Shown here one piece after another: positions 9,238-18,076 of a DNA stretch of 64,000 nucleotides. A program made the translations under genes and the position numbers. Under the pieces are notes generated by a model. The model did not search any database. It was given only the letters and a program-made list of their open reading frames with translations, and was not told the origin of the DNA. The stretch comes from an uncultured Bacteroidota bacterium. Lineage in GTDB: Bacteria; Bacteroidota; Bacteroidia; Chitinophagales; Chitinophagaceae. Location of the stretch: contig CAIPJS010000072.1 in the NCBI GenBank assembly GCA_903865435.1, positions 21,695-85,694 on the forward strand, written 5' to 3'. The first letter of the stretch is position 1, and each line of letters opens with the position of its first letter.

Positions 9238-11361
9238 ATGAACACACCTAAAAGATATTTGATTACTGCTGCCCTTCCTTATGCGAATGGACTGAAACAT
9301 ATTGGCCACCTAGCAGGTGCTTATTTGCCTGCCGATATCTATGTCCGCTACCTGAAAGCGCAGAAAAGAGACGTTGTATTTGTTTGTGGAAGCGATGAGC
9401 ACGGAACGGCCATTCCTATTCAAGCCACCAAGGAAGGTACCACGGCTCAAGCCATCATTGATAAATACCATCCTATTATTGAACAAAATTTTAAGGACCT
9501 TGGAATTGAGTTTGATATTTACCACCGAACTAGCGACCCTTTGCATCATGAAACGGCTATTGCATTTTTTAAAGACCTGGAAGCCAAAGGCGATTTAGAA
9601 ACTAAGACCACTGAACAATATTTTGACGAAGCCACCCAAACATTTTTAGCGGACCGATATATAAAAGGAACTTGTCCTAACTGTAACCATCCAGAAGCCT
9701 ATGGTGACCAATGTGAAAAATGCGGCAAGAGTTTAAGTCCTGAAGAATTAATCAATCCAGTTAGTACTTTAAGTGGACAAGCCCCTATTAAAAAAGAAAC
9801 GACACATTGGTATTTGCCTTTGAATAAGCATGAAGATTTTTTACGTCAATGGATTTTAAACGACCATGCAAAAGATTGGAGAGCCGCCGTGGTTGGGCAA
9901 TGCAAAAGTTGGATTGAAGGTGGCTTGCAACCAAGAGCAGTGACCCGCGATTTAGATTGGGGTGTGAAAGTACCACTTGCTGCTGGTGCTGGAAAAGTTT
10001 TATATGTTTGGTTTGATGCGCCTATTGGATATATAAGTGCCACCAAACAATGGGCACTCAATACAGGAAAAGATTGGACGCCATATTGGAATGATAAAGA
10101 AACCAAGTTGGTACACTTTATTGGTAAAGACAATATTGTTTTCCATTGTATTATTTTTCCTATCATGTTGAAATTGCATGGAAATATTTTACCAGAAAAT
10201 GTACCTGCCAATGAATTCATGAATTTAGAAGGCGACAAAATGAGTACTTCTAAAGGATGGAGTATTGAGATGGATGATTTTATAAACAAGTGGATTAAAA
10301 AAGACAATGGCGGAAACGGTTTAGCTGATAGCCTGCGTTTTTATTTAACAGCCATTGCACCCGAATCAAAGGATAGCGAGTTTACTTGGAAAGGATTTCA
10401 AGAATCGGTAAATGGAGAGCTGGTAAGCATCTTCGCCAATTTTGTCAATAGAACCTGGGTACTAATGCATAAATTATGCAAAGGAAAAGTTCCTCCTATT
10501 CATACAGAATTTTTGGATGATGAAGACCAAGCCATTTTAATAAGCGTAAAAGAAAGTAAGGAAAAAATTACTGAATTATTAGAGCAGTATAAATTTAGAG
10601 AAGCGCAGTTTGAAGTAATTAATTTAGCGCGCTTAGGCAATCAATACATGCAAAAGAAGGAGCCATGGATACTAGCAAAAAATATTGATACCGACCCAAC
10701 GGCTCAAGCCAAGATTGACAACACGATGCATGCTTGCTTGCAACTTTGTGCCAACCTCGCTATTTTAATCAACCCCTTCTTACCTTTCACTGCAAAGAAA
10801 ATGTGCACGATGATGAAGGTGGTGGACAGAATGCTTGAATGGCAAAACGCAGGTGGATTTAACTTATTAAAAGTGGGTTATAGTCTACGTCCACCTGAAT
10901 TATTGTTTAGAAAAATTGAAGACGAAGAAATAGAAGCAGAATTGACTCAATTAAGAAGTAACCTCAACGCTAAAAAAACAACTATGGATACTACTACTCC
11001 TGCAGCAAGCCCTGCCGATGAAAAAAGCTTGAAACCTGAAATTGTTTTTGACGATTTTGGAAAGATAGATTTGCGCGTAGGAACCATTATTGATGCAAAA
11101 AAAGTGGAAAAGGCAGATAAACTTTTACAACTAGAAGTAGACCTTGGATCAGAAAAAAGAACCATATTATCTGGTATTGCCATGCATTTTGAACCAGCAA
11201 CCATTATTGGTAAACAAGTAGTAGTGGTAGCTAATTTAGCACCTCGTAAAATGCGCGGTGTTGAAAGCAAGGGTATGATTTTGATGGCAGAAGATGCGAA
11301 TGGTAAATTATACTTTGTACAACCTTCTGAGGCCATTGCACCAGGAAGTACAATATCATAA
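9238..11361 (+). CDS. metG: Methionine--tRNA ligase with C-terminal tRNA-binding (EMAP/Trbp111-like) domain
   Basis: The ATG at 9238 gives MNTPKRYLITAALPYANGLKHIGHLAG (HIGH motif). Also present are the KMSKS-type GDKMSTSKG, Zn knuckles CPNCNH..CEKCG, and a C-terminal DLRVGTIIDAKKVEKADKLLQLEVDLG. The track start at 9031 would overlap ldcA by 180 nt. Confidence 0.92.
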   Translation: MNTPKRYLITAALPYANGLKHIGHLAGAYLPADIYVRYLKAQKRDVVFVCGSDEHGTAIPIQATKEGTTAQAIIDKYHPIIEQNFKDLGIEFDIYHRTSDPLHHETAIAFFKDLEAKGDLETKTTEQYFDEATQTFLADRYIKGTCPNCNHPEAYGDQCEKCGKSLSPEELINPVSTLSGQAPIKKETTHWYLPLNKHEDFLRQWILNDHAKDWRAAVVGQCKSWIEGGLQPRAVTRDLDWGVKVPLAAGAGKVLYVWFDAPIGYISATKQWALNTGKDWTPYWNDKETKLVHFIGKDNIVFHCIIFPIMLKLHGNILPENVPANEFMNLEGDKMSTSKGWSIEMDDFINKWIKKDNGGNGLADSLRFYLTAIAPESKDSEFTWKGFQESVNGELVSIFANFVNRTWVLMHKLCKGKVPPIHTEFLDDEDQAILISVKESKEKITELLEQYKFREAQFEVINLARLGNQYMQKKEPWILAKNIDTDPTAQAKIDNTMHACLQLCANLAILINPFLPFTAKKMCTMMKVVDRMLEWQNAGGFNLLKVGYSLRPPELLFRKIEDEEIEAELTQLRSNLNAKKTTMDTTTPAASPADEKSLKPEIVFDDFGKIDLRVGTIIDAKKVEKADKLLQLEVDLGSEKRTILSGIAMHFEPATIIGKQVVVVANLAPRKMRGVESKGMILMAEDANGKLYFVQPSEAIAPGSTIS

Positions 11362-11493
11362 ATTCCTAAATACAGTTTTCTTAAATATAAATTAGAAAAA
11401 TATACCTATCCCTCGCTCACTGCTCGCAAAGCTCGAAAGTTCGCTACGGAATAGTATATTTTCCAATTTATTTTAAACAGAACTATAAGCATA

Positions 11494-11527
11494 AAAAAAG
11501 CCCTTCGAATTTCGAAGGGCTTTTTTT
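11494..11527. terminator. Rho-independent terminator after metG (aaaaaaagcccttcgaa-t-ttcgaagggcttttttt)
   Basis: Perfect 10-bp inverted repeat gcccttcgaa/ttcgaagggc, flanked by A7 and T7 runs. Confidence 0.8.
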
Positions 11528-11532
11528 ATAAG

Positions 11533-11632
11533 TCATTAGAGGTTAAACTTTTCGAACCCTTATATTTTATAAAGGGTGAGAAAGTAACTTCATTAGATAA
11601 AGATTTTCGAACCCTTATATTTTATAAAGGGT
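11533..11632 (+). repeat. Two tandem box + AT-hairpin units (period 55-57 nt) following the metG terminator
   Basis: Boxes are TCATTAGAG at 11533-11541 and TCATTAGAT at 11590-11598. Hairpins accctt-A-tat-ttt-ata-aagggt lie at 11556-11577 and 11611-11632. Confidence 0.85.
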
Positions 11633-11639
11633 GAGAAAA

Positions 11640-12275
11640 TTATATACATTCCTTTAGTTCCTTCTCTGTATAAGCAAAGCCATGATGCTTTAATACATCA
11701 TCTGGAACGCCCGTCCACATATTTGGAACATTGCCCATATAACCTAAATCTTTTACACCAATTTCTGCAGTAAAAAACCCTGTCGCTACCAAGTCTCTAA
11801 TTTTATTAAAGAAGCTAACGCCTTGTGCCACTTCGGGTGCTGCTTTTTTGGGATAAGCAATCTCATCTACAATGCCTATTTGTTCCTTACTCGTGCATTC
11901 AATAAAAGCCTTTGTATGTTTTTTGTAGCTATGTAAATCCAACCATTTTAATCCACCGCGCATAGGCACTTGATGATCGGGCATGTCTTTTACGATAAAC
12001 TCAATAAACTCAGGCACTTTGGCATCGGTCGCAGAACCGCTAACAGTATCTTTTGGAATGATGATATCAGAAAGTATAGTAATAGTAGCCATTTCATGTG
12101 CAGTGAAAAAATTAGGCTGCACTTTTACTTTGACCAAATAATCTTTTTCTTCCTGCATGCGATCGTCCATATTCACTTCGGCTACTGTGGTGGCTGAATT
12201 TTTACAAGCTTCTACTAGAACTGCTGTTGAAACTGTTCCTAATATCATCGCTTTGATGGATTTTCTTCTGTCCAT
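11640..12275 (-). CDS. Gluconate 2-dehydrogenase subunit 3 family protein (Tat-signal partner of the GMC flavoprotein)
   Basis: Twin-arginine-like N-terminus MDRRKSIKAMILGTVS. The 211-aa protein lies immediately downstream of a GMC oxidoreductase, which is the usual pairing for this family. Confidence 0.7.
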   Translation of the reverse strand: MDRRKSIKAMILGTVSTAVLVEACKNSATTVAEVNMDDRMQEEKDYLVKVKVQPNFFTAHEMATITILSDIIIPKDTVSGSATDAKVPEFIEFIVKDMPDHQVPMRGGLKWLDLHSYKKHTKAFIECTSKEQIGIVDEIAYPKKAAPEVAQGVSFFNKIRDLVATGFFTAEIGVKDLGYMGNVPNMWTGVPDDVLKHHGFAYTEKELKECI

Positions 12276-12316
12276 AATATTTTAAATTAAAATTTTATAA
12301 ATTTTGTTAGTTTATT

Positions 12317-12354
12317 TTTTCCTTTGCTTAAATTTAAAATAAAGCAAAGGAAAA
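12317..12354 (-). promoter_or_regulatory. Intercistronic 13-bp stem-loop between the GMC oxidoreductase and subunit-3 genes
   Basis: ttttcctttgctt (12317-12329) pairs with aagcaaaggaaaa (12342-12354) around a 12-nt AT loop. On the transcribed (minus) strand it is followed by an A-rich rather than a U-rich tract. Confidence 0.45.
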
Positions 12355-12382
12355 ATTTATTTTATTTTATTTAAAAACAAAA

Positions 12383-14125
12383 TTATAAATTTTGTTTTTG
12401 AAGTTGATCCAATACATATTCTGAAGTACGCATAGACAATGCCAAAATAGTCCATGTAATGTTTTTATCTGCTTGAGAGGTAAATACCGATCCATCTACA
12501 CAGAATAAATTTTTACAATCATGTGCTTGTCCCCATGCATTTAATGGAGCTGTCTTTTTATCATTCCCCATACGAACGGTTCCTGCTTCATGAATAATAT
12601 TACCTGGATTAGACAACCCATATTTATTACTTGCATCATCTTGATCTCCCCATGTAATTACCGCCCCCATTGAATGCATAATTTCTTTAAAGGTTTCTTT
12701 CATATGCTTAGCTTGATTGATTTCATATTCTGAATTCTTACAATCAAATTTCAAAACAGGGATACCGTATTTGTCAACTACATCTGGATCAATGCTACAT
12801 TTATTTTCAAAGCGAGGTACGGCTTCTCCACGTCCACCCATCCCCACATTGGCGCCATAAAAGAAACGAACATCTTCTTTCAATGATTCTCCATATCCAC
12901 CTGCTTCTTTGGTTCTACCATTTACTTCAAATTTTCCATTTAAACCTTGCATTCCCATCCCAAGACCATAACTGGGCTGGCTCATGCCTCCCCAATATTC
13001 AATATGGTAACCACGCGGGAAATCTAATTTTTTATTGTCCAACCACCATGGCGTATATACGTGCATACCACCAACGCCATCCTCATTGTAACGCTTACGT
13101 CCAAATAAAGCAGGTACAACACCTCCAATACCAGCTCCGGTAGAATCATGTAAATAATGCCCCACTACTCCAGAACTATTCGCTAATCCATTAGGGTGTT
13201 TGGTTGATTTTGAATTCAATAACAAACGTGCTGTCTCACAAGTACTTGCTCCAAGGATAACCACTTTTGCATTGATTTGATATTCTTGATTGTCAAATTT
13301 ATTTACATAAGAAACCCCTGTTGCTTTACCTTCTTTGTCAGTCATTACTTCGCGTGCCATAGCGCCCGTGATTAAATCTACATTACCTGTTAATATAGCA
13401 GGCCTGATCAACACTGAAGAAGATGAAAAATCGCCATATACTTTACAAGAACGATTACATTGACCGCAATAAAAACATACCCCACGTTCGTCGTTTATTT
13501 TTTTTGTTAAAATAGACAAACGAGAAGGAATTACTGGAATGTTAATTGAAGTAGCTGCTTTTTTAAACATCAATTCATGCAATCTTGGTTTTGGCGGAGG
13601 TAAGAAAATTCCATCAGGATCATTTTCACGGCCTTCGTTGGTTCCATATACACCAATCAATTTATCAATCTTGTCATAATAAGGTTTGATGTCTTCATAA
13701 CCGATTGGCCAATCATCACCCAAACCGTCTAAGCTTCTGCGTTTGAAATCACGTGGACCAAAACGCAAAGAGATGCGACCCCAATGATTCGTACGTCCAC
13801 CCACCATTCTGGCTCTCCACCACTCAAATTTATCGCTACCTGGTGTTTGGGTATATGGTTCCCCATCAATTTCCCAACCCCAGTAAGAGGCATCGAAATC
13901 TCCAAATGGTCTCATTTTAGTACTTGCTCCACGACGTGGTGAATCCCATGGATTTTTTAATTGAGCAGAATTTTTTGCAGGATCAAATTCAGGACCTGCT
14001 TCTAGTATACAAATTTTCAATCCCGCTTTCGATAATATATAAGCAGCCATTCCACCTCCAGCACCAGAACCTACTATTACTGCATCGTATTTCTTAGGGG
14101 ATACTTTTACTTCAAAATTAGACAT
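12383..14125 (-). CDS. GMC family FAD-dependent oxidoreductase
   Basis: N-terminal Rossmann motif VIVGSGAGGGMAAYIL and C-terminal GMC region IHEAGTVRMG..AHDCKNLFCVDGSVF. Length is 580 aa. Confidence 0.85.
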   Translation of the reverse strand: MSNFEVKVSPKKYDAVIVGSGAGGGMAAYILSKAGLKICILEAGPEFDPAKNSAQLKNPWDSPRRGASTKMRPFGDFDASYWGWEIDGEPYTQTPGSDKFEWWRARMVGGRTNHWGRISLRFGPRDFKRRSLDGLGDDWPIGYEDIKPYYDKIDKLIGVYGTNEGRENDPDGIFLPPPKPRLHELMFKKAATSINIPVIPSRLSILTKKINDERGVCFYCGQCNRSCKVYGDFSSSSVLIRPAILTGNVDLITGAMAREVMTDKEGKATGVSYVNKFDNQEYQINAKVVILGASTCETARLLLNSKSTKHPNGLANSSGVVGHYLHDSTGAGIGGVVPALFGRKRYNEDGVGGMHVYTPWWLDNKKLDFPRGYHIEYWGGMSQPSYGLGMGMQGLNGKFEVNGRTKEAGGYGESLKEDVRFFYGANVGMGGRGEAVPRFENKCSIDPDVVDKYGIPVLKFDCKNSEYEINQAKHMKETFKEIMHSMGAVITWGDQDDASNKYGLSNPGNIIHEAGTVRMGNDKKTAPLNAWGQAHDCKNLFCVDGSVFTSQADKNITWTILALSMRTSEYVLDQLQKQNL

Positions 14126-14295
14126 AGGACAATCGTTTTTGCTATTGTAAATAAAGGATGAATTTAAAGAAAATATTGAATGAAATGCAAAAAAGACCCA
14201 CTCATTTTATAAGCGGGATTAGTAGATTTAAAAATGGCAATAAACTTAAACAAAGTCGTAAACGGGTAAAAAGGAATAATTAAGGATAAAAATGC

Positions 14296-14322
14296 AAAAG
14301 GCCCCGTTTATGGGGGCCTTTT
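14296..14322. terminator. Hairpin aaaaggcccc-gtttat-gggggcctttt
   Basis: GC stem with four A upstream and four T downstream, so it could act in either direction. Confidence 0.6.
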
Positions 14323-14382
14323 GAAAAATCATAAGAGGATGTTTTTGTGAATTTTATATTTTATAAAAATTCACGAAAAATC

Positions 14383-14415
14383 AAAAAAGCCCCACCCGTT
14401 TATGGGGTGGGGCTT
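14383..14415 (-). terminator. Probable nrdJ terminator (plus strand aaaaaagccccaccc-gtttatg-gggtggggct)
   Basis: 10-bp GC-rich stem. The U-run (T6) follows the stem only when read on the minus strand, which is the nrdJ sense strand. Confidence 0.7.
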
Positions 14416-14468
14416 AAAAATCATTAGAGTAGTAAAATCAAATTTTACATTTTATGAAAATTTGGTTT

Positions 14469-17400
14469 TTACGAACAGCCCATAGAGGTACCGCAGTTTA
14501 AACATTTATAACATGTACCACTTCTTATTGTAATATGTCCACAAGTGCTACAAGCAGGCGCATCGCTTTGCATGCTTTTAGCTGCTGCTGTTACATTGTC
14601 CATTGAACCATTGGCTTCTACTGCCACAGCTGCTTTAGCTACTGGAGCGGCCACTGGTGCTGTAACGCGAATGCTACTTAGTTCAGGCTTTCCTACTAGT
14701 GTAATGTCTCCTTCTTCGCCTAAGTTTTCTACTGTAGGCTTATCTAATACATGTACCAAATCGGTTCTTCCTAAATATTCATAAGCTAAAGAGCGGAATA
14801 TAAAGTCAACGATAGAAGTGGTGGTTTTTATATTTGGATGATCTACCATTCCAGAAGGTTCAAACTTAGTAAATACAAACTTCTCAACGAACTCTTCTAA
14901 AGGCACACCATATTGTAAGCCAACAGAAATAGAGATAGCAAAGCAGTTCATTAAACTACGCAGTGTAGAACCTTCTTTTGCTAAGTCAATAAATATTTCT
15001 CCTAATGTATTGTCTGTGTACTCACCTGTTCTTAAGAATAAAACCTGACCGCCAATTCTAGCTTTTTGTGTAAAGCCACGACGCTTAGCTGGTAAAGATT
15101 TACGCTCTACAATGCGAGACAATTGACGTTTGAATTTAGTGTCGGTAGAAGCAGCCATTCTTTTTTGAACTTCTTCTAATAACTCATCTACATTCAATTT
15201 ACTTAAGTCCACTAATTGTGAACCGCCTTCTACACTTACTTCCTCTTCTGCAGTTGCATCGGTTTTTTTCTTCTTATCAGATTTTGTACTTAAAGGTTGG
15301 CTTAATTTAGAACCATCACGGTAAATAGCATTCGCTTTTAAACCTAGGGTCCAACTCATTAAGTAAGAATCGGCAATTTCTTCAACAGTAGCTTCGTTCG
15401 GAAGGTTGATTGTTTTTGAAATCGCACCAGATAAGAATGGTTGACAAGCAGCCATCATTCTAATATGTCCATGTGCATGAATATATCTTACCCCTTTCTT
15501 ACCATTTTTATTCGCACAATCAAATATTGACAAATGCTCGTCTTTCAATGCTGGTGCACCTTCTACAGTCATGGTACCGCAAACATAATCGTTGGCTGCA
15601 TCTATTTGATCTTCTGTAAATCCTAAAGCTTCTAATAAGTTAAAGCTCCAGTCTGCGAATACTTCTTCTTTGAAACCTAATCTAGTTAAACATGCGTCAC
15701 CTAAAGTGAAACGGTTAAAAATAAATCCAATTTCAAATGCAGATTTAGCAGCACCATTTAATTTTGCAATTTCTTCTGGTAAAAATCCTTTCGCTAATAA
15801 AGACTCATTATTAATATGTGGCGCCCCTACGAAACTTGCATGTCCTACAGCGAAGTTTACAATGGCATCATTTTCTGCTTGAGAATAACCCAAGTTCTTT
15901 AATGCTTGTGGTACCGATTGGTTGATAATTTTAAAGTATCCACCGCCTGATAATTTTTTAAATTTCACTAAAGCAAAATCTGGCTCAACCCCTGTGGTAT
16001 CGCAATCCATCACTAAACCAATGGTTCCTGTTGGAGCAATTACAGTTGTTTGCGCGTTTCTATACCCATATTTTTCTCCTAATTGAACTGCATCATCCCA
16101 AGCTTTTGTTGCAGCTTTCAATAAATAATCAGGCGTATATTGTGCTTTAATTCCTTGTGGCTTAATTTCAATGCCTACATAAGCGCCTTCTGCATCATAT
16201 GCAGCAGCGCGGTGATTACGCATTACACGTAACATGTCTTCTTTGTTTTCTTCGTATCTATCGAAGGCACCTAAGAAGGAAGCCATCTCTGCAGAAGTCT
16301 TATAGGCCACACCCGTCATAATTGCAGTGATTGAACCTGCAATACCACGTGCTTCTTCGCTATCGTAAGCAATACCACTTACCATTAACATAGAACCAAG
16401 GTTGGCAAAACCCAAACCAGTGGTTCTGTAGTCGTAAGATAATTGTGCCACTTCTTTAGAAGGGAACTGCGCCATTAATATAGATACTTCTAATACAGTC
16501 TGCCATAATCTTGTAGTATATTCAAAACCAGTTACATCAAAACTATTGTCAGACTCATTGAAGAATTTACGCAAGTTGATAGAAGCTAGGTTACATGCAG
16601 TGTTGTCCAAGAACATATATTCTGAACAAGGGTTAGAGGCATTGATACGACCACCCTTTGGACAAGTATGCCACTCGTTAATAGTCGTGTCATATTGTGT
16701 TCCAGGATCGGCACAACGCCAAGCAGCATTTGCAATTTGATCCCATACTTCACGCGCAGGGATGGATTGCATCACACGACCATCTGTTCTTGCCTTTAAT
16801 TCCCAGTTGCCATTTTCAGACAAGGCTTTAAAGAAGCTATTTGGAATACGTACTGAGTTGTTTGAGTTTTGTCCAGACACTGTTGCATAGGCTTCACCTT
16901 CATAACTATTATCATAACCAGCTGCAATTAAAGCAGCTACTTTATCTTCTTCTTTTACTTTCCAGTTTATAAAATCCATAACTTCTGGATGATCTAAATC
17001 TAAACAAACCATTTTAGCAGCACGACGTGTTGTGCCACCACTTTTAATCGCACCTGCTGCGCGGTCACCAATTTTTAAGAAACTCATTAAACCACTTGAT
17101 GAACCACCACCACTTAATTTTTCGTTGGCTCCTCTAATTTGAGAGAAGTTGGTTCCTACTCCAGAACCATATTTAAAAATTCTTGCTTCTCTTGTCCATA
17201 AATCCATGATACCGCCTTCGTTCACTAAATCATCACTTACACTTAAGATAAAACAAGCATGTGGTTGAGGACGCTCGTAGGCACTTGTTGATCTTTTTAA
17301 TTTTTTATCGATAGGGTCTACGTAGTAATGACCTTGTGCACCACCAGTGATGCCATAACTCTCATGCAATCCTGTATTGAACCATTGTGGTGAGTTAGGA

Positions 17401-17792
17401 ACACAAGCTTGATTTAATATACTATATACTAATTCCTCATAGAATACTTGTGCATCTTTCTCTGTTGCGAAATAACCATAACGCTCTCCCCACACTCTCC
17501 AACAATTGGCCATTCGATGTGCCACTTGCTTCACCGTTGTTTCACGACCTAATGAACCATCTGGTTGTGGAACACCTGCTTTTCTAAAATATTTTTGTGC
17601 AAGAATATCTGTTGCAATTTGACTCCACTGTTTCGGCACCTCCACATTGGTCATTTCAAATACTTTTTCTCCGTTTGGATTTTTGATGATACTATCTCTG
17701 TAATCATATTCAAATTGATCGAATGGAGAAACATTCTCTTTTGTAAATAGGCGAGAAAACTCTAAGCCTTTTTTTGTTTTTGGAGTAGCCAT
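14469..17792 (-). CDS. nrdJ: Adenosylcobalamin-dependent (class II) ribonucleotide reductase
   Basis: 1107-aa ORF. The RNR active-site loop is [23 protein letters not shown]. The C-terminal Cys-rich tail is [27 protein letters not shown], a tail type common in class II RNRs. Confidence 0.88.
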   Translation of the reverse strand: MATPKTKKGLEFSRLFTKENVSPFDQFEYDYRDSIIKNPNGEKVFEMTNVEVPKQWSQIATDILAQKYFRKAGVPQPDGSLGRETTVKQVAHRMANCWRVWGERYGYFATEKDAQVFYEELVYSILNQACVPNSPQWFNTGLHESYGITGGAQGHYYVDPIDKKLKRSTSAYERPQPHACFILSVSDDLVNEGGIMDLWTREARIFKYGSGVGTNFSQIRGANEKLSGGGSSSGLMSFLKIGDRAAGAIKSGGTTRRAAKMVCLDLDHPEVMDFINWKVKEEDKVAALIAAGYDNSYEGEAYATVSGQNSNNSVRIPNSFFKALSENGNWELKARTDGRVMQSIPAREVWDQIANAAWRCADPGTQYDTTINEWHTCPKGGRINASNPCSEYMFLDNTACNLASINLRKFFNESDNSFDVTGFEYTTRLWQTVLEVSILMAQFPSKEVAQLSYDYRTTGLGFANLGSMLMVSGIAYDSEEARGIAGSITAIMTGVAYKTSAEMASFLGAFDRYEENKEDMLRVMRNHRAAAYDAEGAYVGIEIKPQGIKAQYTPDYLLKAATKAWDDAVQLGEKYGYRNAQTTVIAPTGTIGLVMDCDTTGVEPDFALVKFKKLSGGGYFKIINQSVPQALKNLGYSQAENDAIVNFAVGHASFVGAPHINNESLLAKGFLPEEIAKLNGAAKSAFEIGFIFNRFTLGDACLTRLGFKEEVFADWSFNLLEALGFTEDQIDAANDYVCGTMTVEGAPALKDEHLSIFDCANKNGKKGVRYIHAHGHIRMMAACQPFLSGAISKTINLPNEATVEEIADSYLMSWTLGLKANAIYRDGSKLSQPLSTKSDKKKKTDATAEEEVSVEGGSQLVDLSKLNVDELLEEVQKRMAASTDTKFKRQLSRIVERKSLPAKRRGFTQKARIGGQVLFLRTGEYTDNTLGEIFIDLAKEGSTLRSLMNCFAISISVGLQYGVPLEEFVEKFVFTKFEPSGMVDHPNIKTTTSIVDFIFRSLAYEYLGRTDLVHVLDKPTVENLGEEGDITLVGKPELSSIRVTAPVAAPVAKAAVAVEANGSMDNVTAAAKSMQSDAPACSTCGHITIRSGTCYKCLNCGTSMGCS

Positions 17793-18068
17793 GGTCTTTA
17801 TTCTATTTAGGATGTTAGTGGGTTATCCCACTAGGTTTTTCAAAAACCTTGATGGGTATACGAAAATATCTTTCTATAACCACAAAGCAACCATGGAAAT
17901 ATCAACAGCTGTGGAAAAGAAATGTGGATTAAATTAAAGTCCATATCCGGCTTGATTCCCACGATTTATCCCCACACAATGTTAGTTTCTGAGAAAAAAA
18001 AACCTAGGATTATTGAATTTTTTAGTAATAAGTAGATAATAGTCGCTTAGGATATAATTTAAAATGGA

Positions 18069-18076
18069 TAATTTTG
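18069..18076 (+). promoter_or_regulatory. Candidate -7 box TAATTTTG for the GGGPS-like gene
   Basis: Matches TAnnTTTG 40 nt upstream of the ATG at 18117. Confidence 0.3.

Larger units (their letters stand above)
14296..14464 (+). repeat. Two tandem terminator / box / AT-hairpin modules (period 92 nt) between the GMC gene start and the nrdJ stop
   Basis: Module 1 has its terminator at 14296-14322, box TCATAAGAG at 14329-14337, and hairpin gtgaatttt-A-tat-ttt-ata-aaaattcac at 14347-14374. Module 2 has its terminator at 14383-14415, box TCATTAGAG at 14421-14429, and hairpin caaatttt-A-cat-ttt-atg-aaaatttg at 14439-14464. Confidence 0.85.

Noticed and set aside
9846-10307. 153-aa minus-strand ORF inside metG. 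Similar antisense ORFs lie at 10947-11336, 51405-51869, 60245-60763, 39822-40172, 49036-49419 and 61974-62330.
   Set aside because: Each is embedded antisense in a gene with strong family motifs and has no motif of its own. I treat them as chance open frames.
14158-14283. 41-codon plus-strand ORF (MNLKKILNEMQKRPTHFISGISRFKNGNKLKQSRKRVKRNN), followed 12 nt later by a terminator
   Set aside because: It is tempting because it would make the 14296-14464 module array downstream of a co-oriented gene. However, its Lys/Asn-rich composition is what AT-rich non-coding DNA yields, and it has no promoter box with room for a leader. It also runs through what looks like a decayed repeat unit (14185-14230). 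Ribosome profiling or conservation could overturn this.
14469-17792. Possible intein or insertion explaining the 1107-aa length of NrdJ
   Set aside because: I saw no intein splice-junction or endonuclease block motifs. The extra length is a charged linker (..[17 protein letters not shown]..) plus the Cys-rich C-terminal tail common in class II RNRs.
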